DNA from: Macrostomum lignano
Lineage: Eukaryota
Reading direction: 5' to 3'
Length of the DNA stretch: 64,000 bases
Assembly (NCBI GenBank): GCA_002269645.1
Contig: NIVC01001293.1
Location: forward strand, 248,001 to 312,000
The position numbers and the translations under genes are program-made. Positions within the stretch are counted from its first letter, which is position 1, and each line of letters begins with the position of its first letter. Of this stretch, positions 61,980 through 64,000 are shown piece by piece. The notes beneath the pieces were generated by a model. It did no database searches, was not told the origin of the DNA, and worked only from the letters and a program-made list of their open reading frames with translations.

Positions 61980-64000
61980 CTAAACCCAATCTCCTAAACC
62001 TAATCTCCAGTGCCCGAACGGTAGACTGTTAATATTGTCATCAAAAATGAATCTCTTATTATCTGCACCTGACAGTCCAATCTTTTTTTGCTGAATTGTG
62101 TGAATAATATGGTTTTTGGATTGTAGCTTTGAGAACTCATGTGATGTCTTTTTGTTGCAATTCAAGGCGTCTCTGTATTCAGCTTCATTAATTTCCTTCC
62201 TAACCACGCGTTTTGGAATTCCCTTTGATTTTTTAATTGGGTCTGACGACTCACATTTTACAAAATAGGACTTTGCTCTCAACCCAATGAATTCAGTGAT
62301 TATGTCACCAGCAATCTCGTCCTTCATTTTCCCAATCACTTTCTTGTTAGTGGCGTCAAACACTTGATCGCCATTCTGTGTCCTGAAAGATTCATCATAC
62401 TCAGACAAGTCAAACAAATCTTTTTGCTGCAGCATGTCCTGATAAATGTCTTCTGTTTGAATGTCCATAATAAAACTGTCTGTGTCAGTGTACAAGAGTT
62501 TCATTTTATCCTTGTACTGCTGCTTCATGCCATACAAGAACTGGTACATCAGACGTTTTGATTCGTCGAGAACAGTGACACCTGTATAGATCGGCTTGCG
62601 CAGCGTCACCTTGGTTTTGTAAAATATGATCACACCTAAGTAGCTATTAAAGATATGGAGTTCTTTGAATGTTGGCTTTGACATATTTGCCTGAATAACA
62701 GCAGGCTCTGATGAGGTAACAAGTTTCAGGTTTGTTCTTTTCCGCTCATTCTCAAGAGTCTTGCCATAGACAGAGTTGTTGGCCAACTTAAAGAGGTTCT
62801 TGTCAAAGTCGTTGGTTGCTTTGGTCCTAAACTGGGTATTCTTATCAATGTAGGGTTTCATCCACGCTTCCTCTGTAAATGTAAGAGCCCGGTGAACTTT
62901 AGTGACCCTGCAACCAAGTGAGATAAAATACTGAAGCAGTTTGTAATGGATTTTGTAACGTGTCTTGTTGTTTAGATTCTGTGTTAGTTTCTCTGTATGT
63001 TCTTTTTCTGTTCCTGACAGGTGCCAAGTTCCATTATTATCATTGGGAGTTTCGATTATTTTCGGGCACTTGATGTTCTCTGGGAAGGGTGGAAAGTCAG
63101 AGAAATAGTCGTGAAGCTCTGGTGGAATGTAAACATCAACCTCATAAATGGCAGCCAATGAAAAGTCCCATTTGAATTCTGATGAGGGTAGCCATCGAAA
63201 ATCTCTAACTGGAAGATCTTGACTCATCGCCCACCCGTAGAGATTATTAGCGTCCAAGTAAGTAATGTAGTTTGAGGGCTGCTCCTTATTGTAAGATTCA
63301 ATGTAGGGATTGTTTGCTTTTGCATACCTGTTAACGCAAATTGAGATTCCCCCTCGCTTTGACGATTCGACAAAATTGTACATGTCAATGTCTGTAAGAA
63401 GTTCAATGTACCAATCTGGATCTTGATCCCATTTCATTTTAACAAAGATTCCCAGCTAGTGGCAGGGAGAGACACATAATGTGCTGGATCGAGGCCATAT
63501 GCTGTGTACCAGGTGTATCTGAAGGTTTCAAACACATCGGCCAGCAGAAACACATCTGTGTAGAGGTAAAGCAGGTGATACTGGAAGAAGTTTTGACAAT
63601 TAAAGTAATTATAGACATGCTTCGCGTGCTCATAGTCTTTGTCAGAGATTCCAGAGTCTGTTAGCTTTGAAAAGAACTTTTCTTGTGGTGGTAAACCTTC
63701 TCAAATACGTGATACCCAGTAATATTTTCATAGGGGTAGAAGCCTTTCTTTCTTAAAAGTTTAAATGATTCATCACTGTTGTTAATTTTACTTGCAAATA
63801 TCTTTGTATATGTACATTGTTCATCTTTTAGATTCTTGCTTAGTTCGTCTAGACTGGCCGCTAGAAATTGATATGAATCCTTCAGTCTTATTTTACCTGT
63901 ACCCGAATTATCCTGTTTAATATCAACGCACTTAAACTTCTCCTTGTTTTCTGCGATGCAGTCAAGGTGTATGTCTTGAATCATGCCGATTTTTTCAACT
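61980..64000 (-). pseudogene. polB: Protein-primed family B DNA polymerase with two single-base frameshifts (~63698 and ~63438); 5' part outside the window
   Basis: DSYQFL, KGFYPYE, YLYTDVFLLADVFE, YLDANNLYGWAM, KLANNSVYGKT, YTDTDS, GLRAKSY, KGI. Confidence 0.92.

Larger units (their letters stand above)
53328..64000. mobile_element. Polinton/Maverick (adintovirus-like) endogenous virus, left part; continues past the window edge
   Basis: Dense intron-free cluster of penton, MCP, A32-like ATPase, adenain-like protease and pPolB. The left boundary is tentative (AGTAG at 53328); no TIR partner is visible. Confidence 0.9.

Noticed and set aside
61950-62008. TTTAGG/TTAGG telomere-like hexamers at the polB-protease junction
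   Set aside because: Only 3-4 degenerate copies, overlapping the polB C-terminal codons; insufficient evidence.

Overview
Eukaryotic, repeat-rich invertebrate-type DNA. Spliceosomal introns, a CORE-SINE, minisatellites and the gene families suggest a free-living flatworm such as Macrostomum (inference only). Positions 1-47 kb hold several host genes, reconstructed here from splice sites and reading phase: a 4-exon vWA/alpha-kinase, a 2-exon LDLa single-pass membrane protein, a LicD/fukutin-like transferase, a 3-exon rhodopsin-class GPCR, an intronless M13 (neprilysin-like) peptidase and a DEG/ENaC channel. These are interleaved with many tandem repeats, several TIR elements with target-site duplications, a Penelope-like element with an inverted 3' copy and hammerhead motifs, and a decayed RNase H-bearing LINE. 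The last ~10.7 kb (about 53.3 kb to the window edge) is a compact, intron-free Polinton/Maverick (adintovirus-like) endogenous virus. It encodes minor and major capsid proteins, a packaging ATPase, an adenain-type protease, a protein-primed PolB and five accessory ORFs. It also carries a shared A-tract start signal and a palindromic repeat array near its left end. The integrase and right terminus are not in the window. Notable host-side observations: a CACTA/EnSpm-type insertion that replaced the alpha-kinase C-terminus, and a tandemly amplified splice acceptor in the LicD gene.
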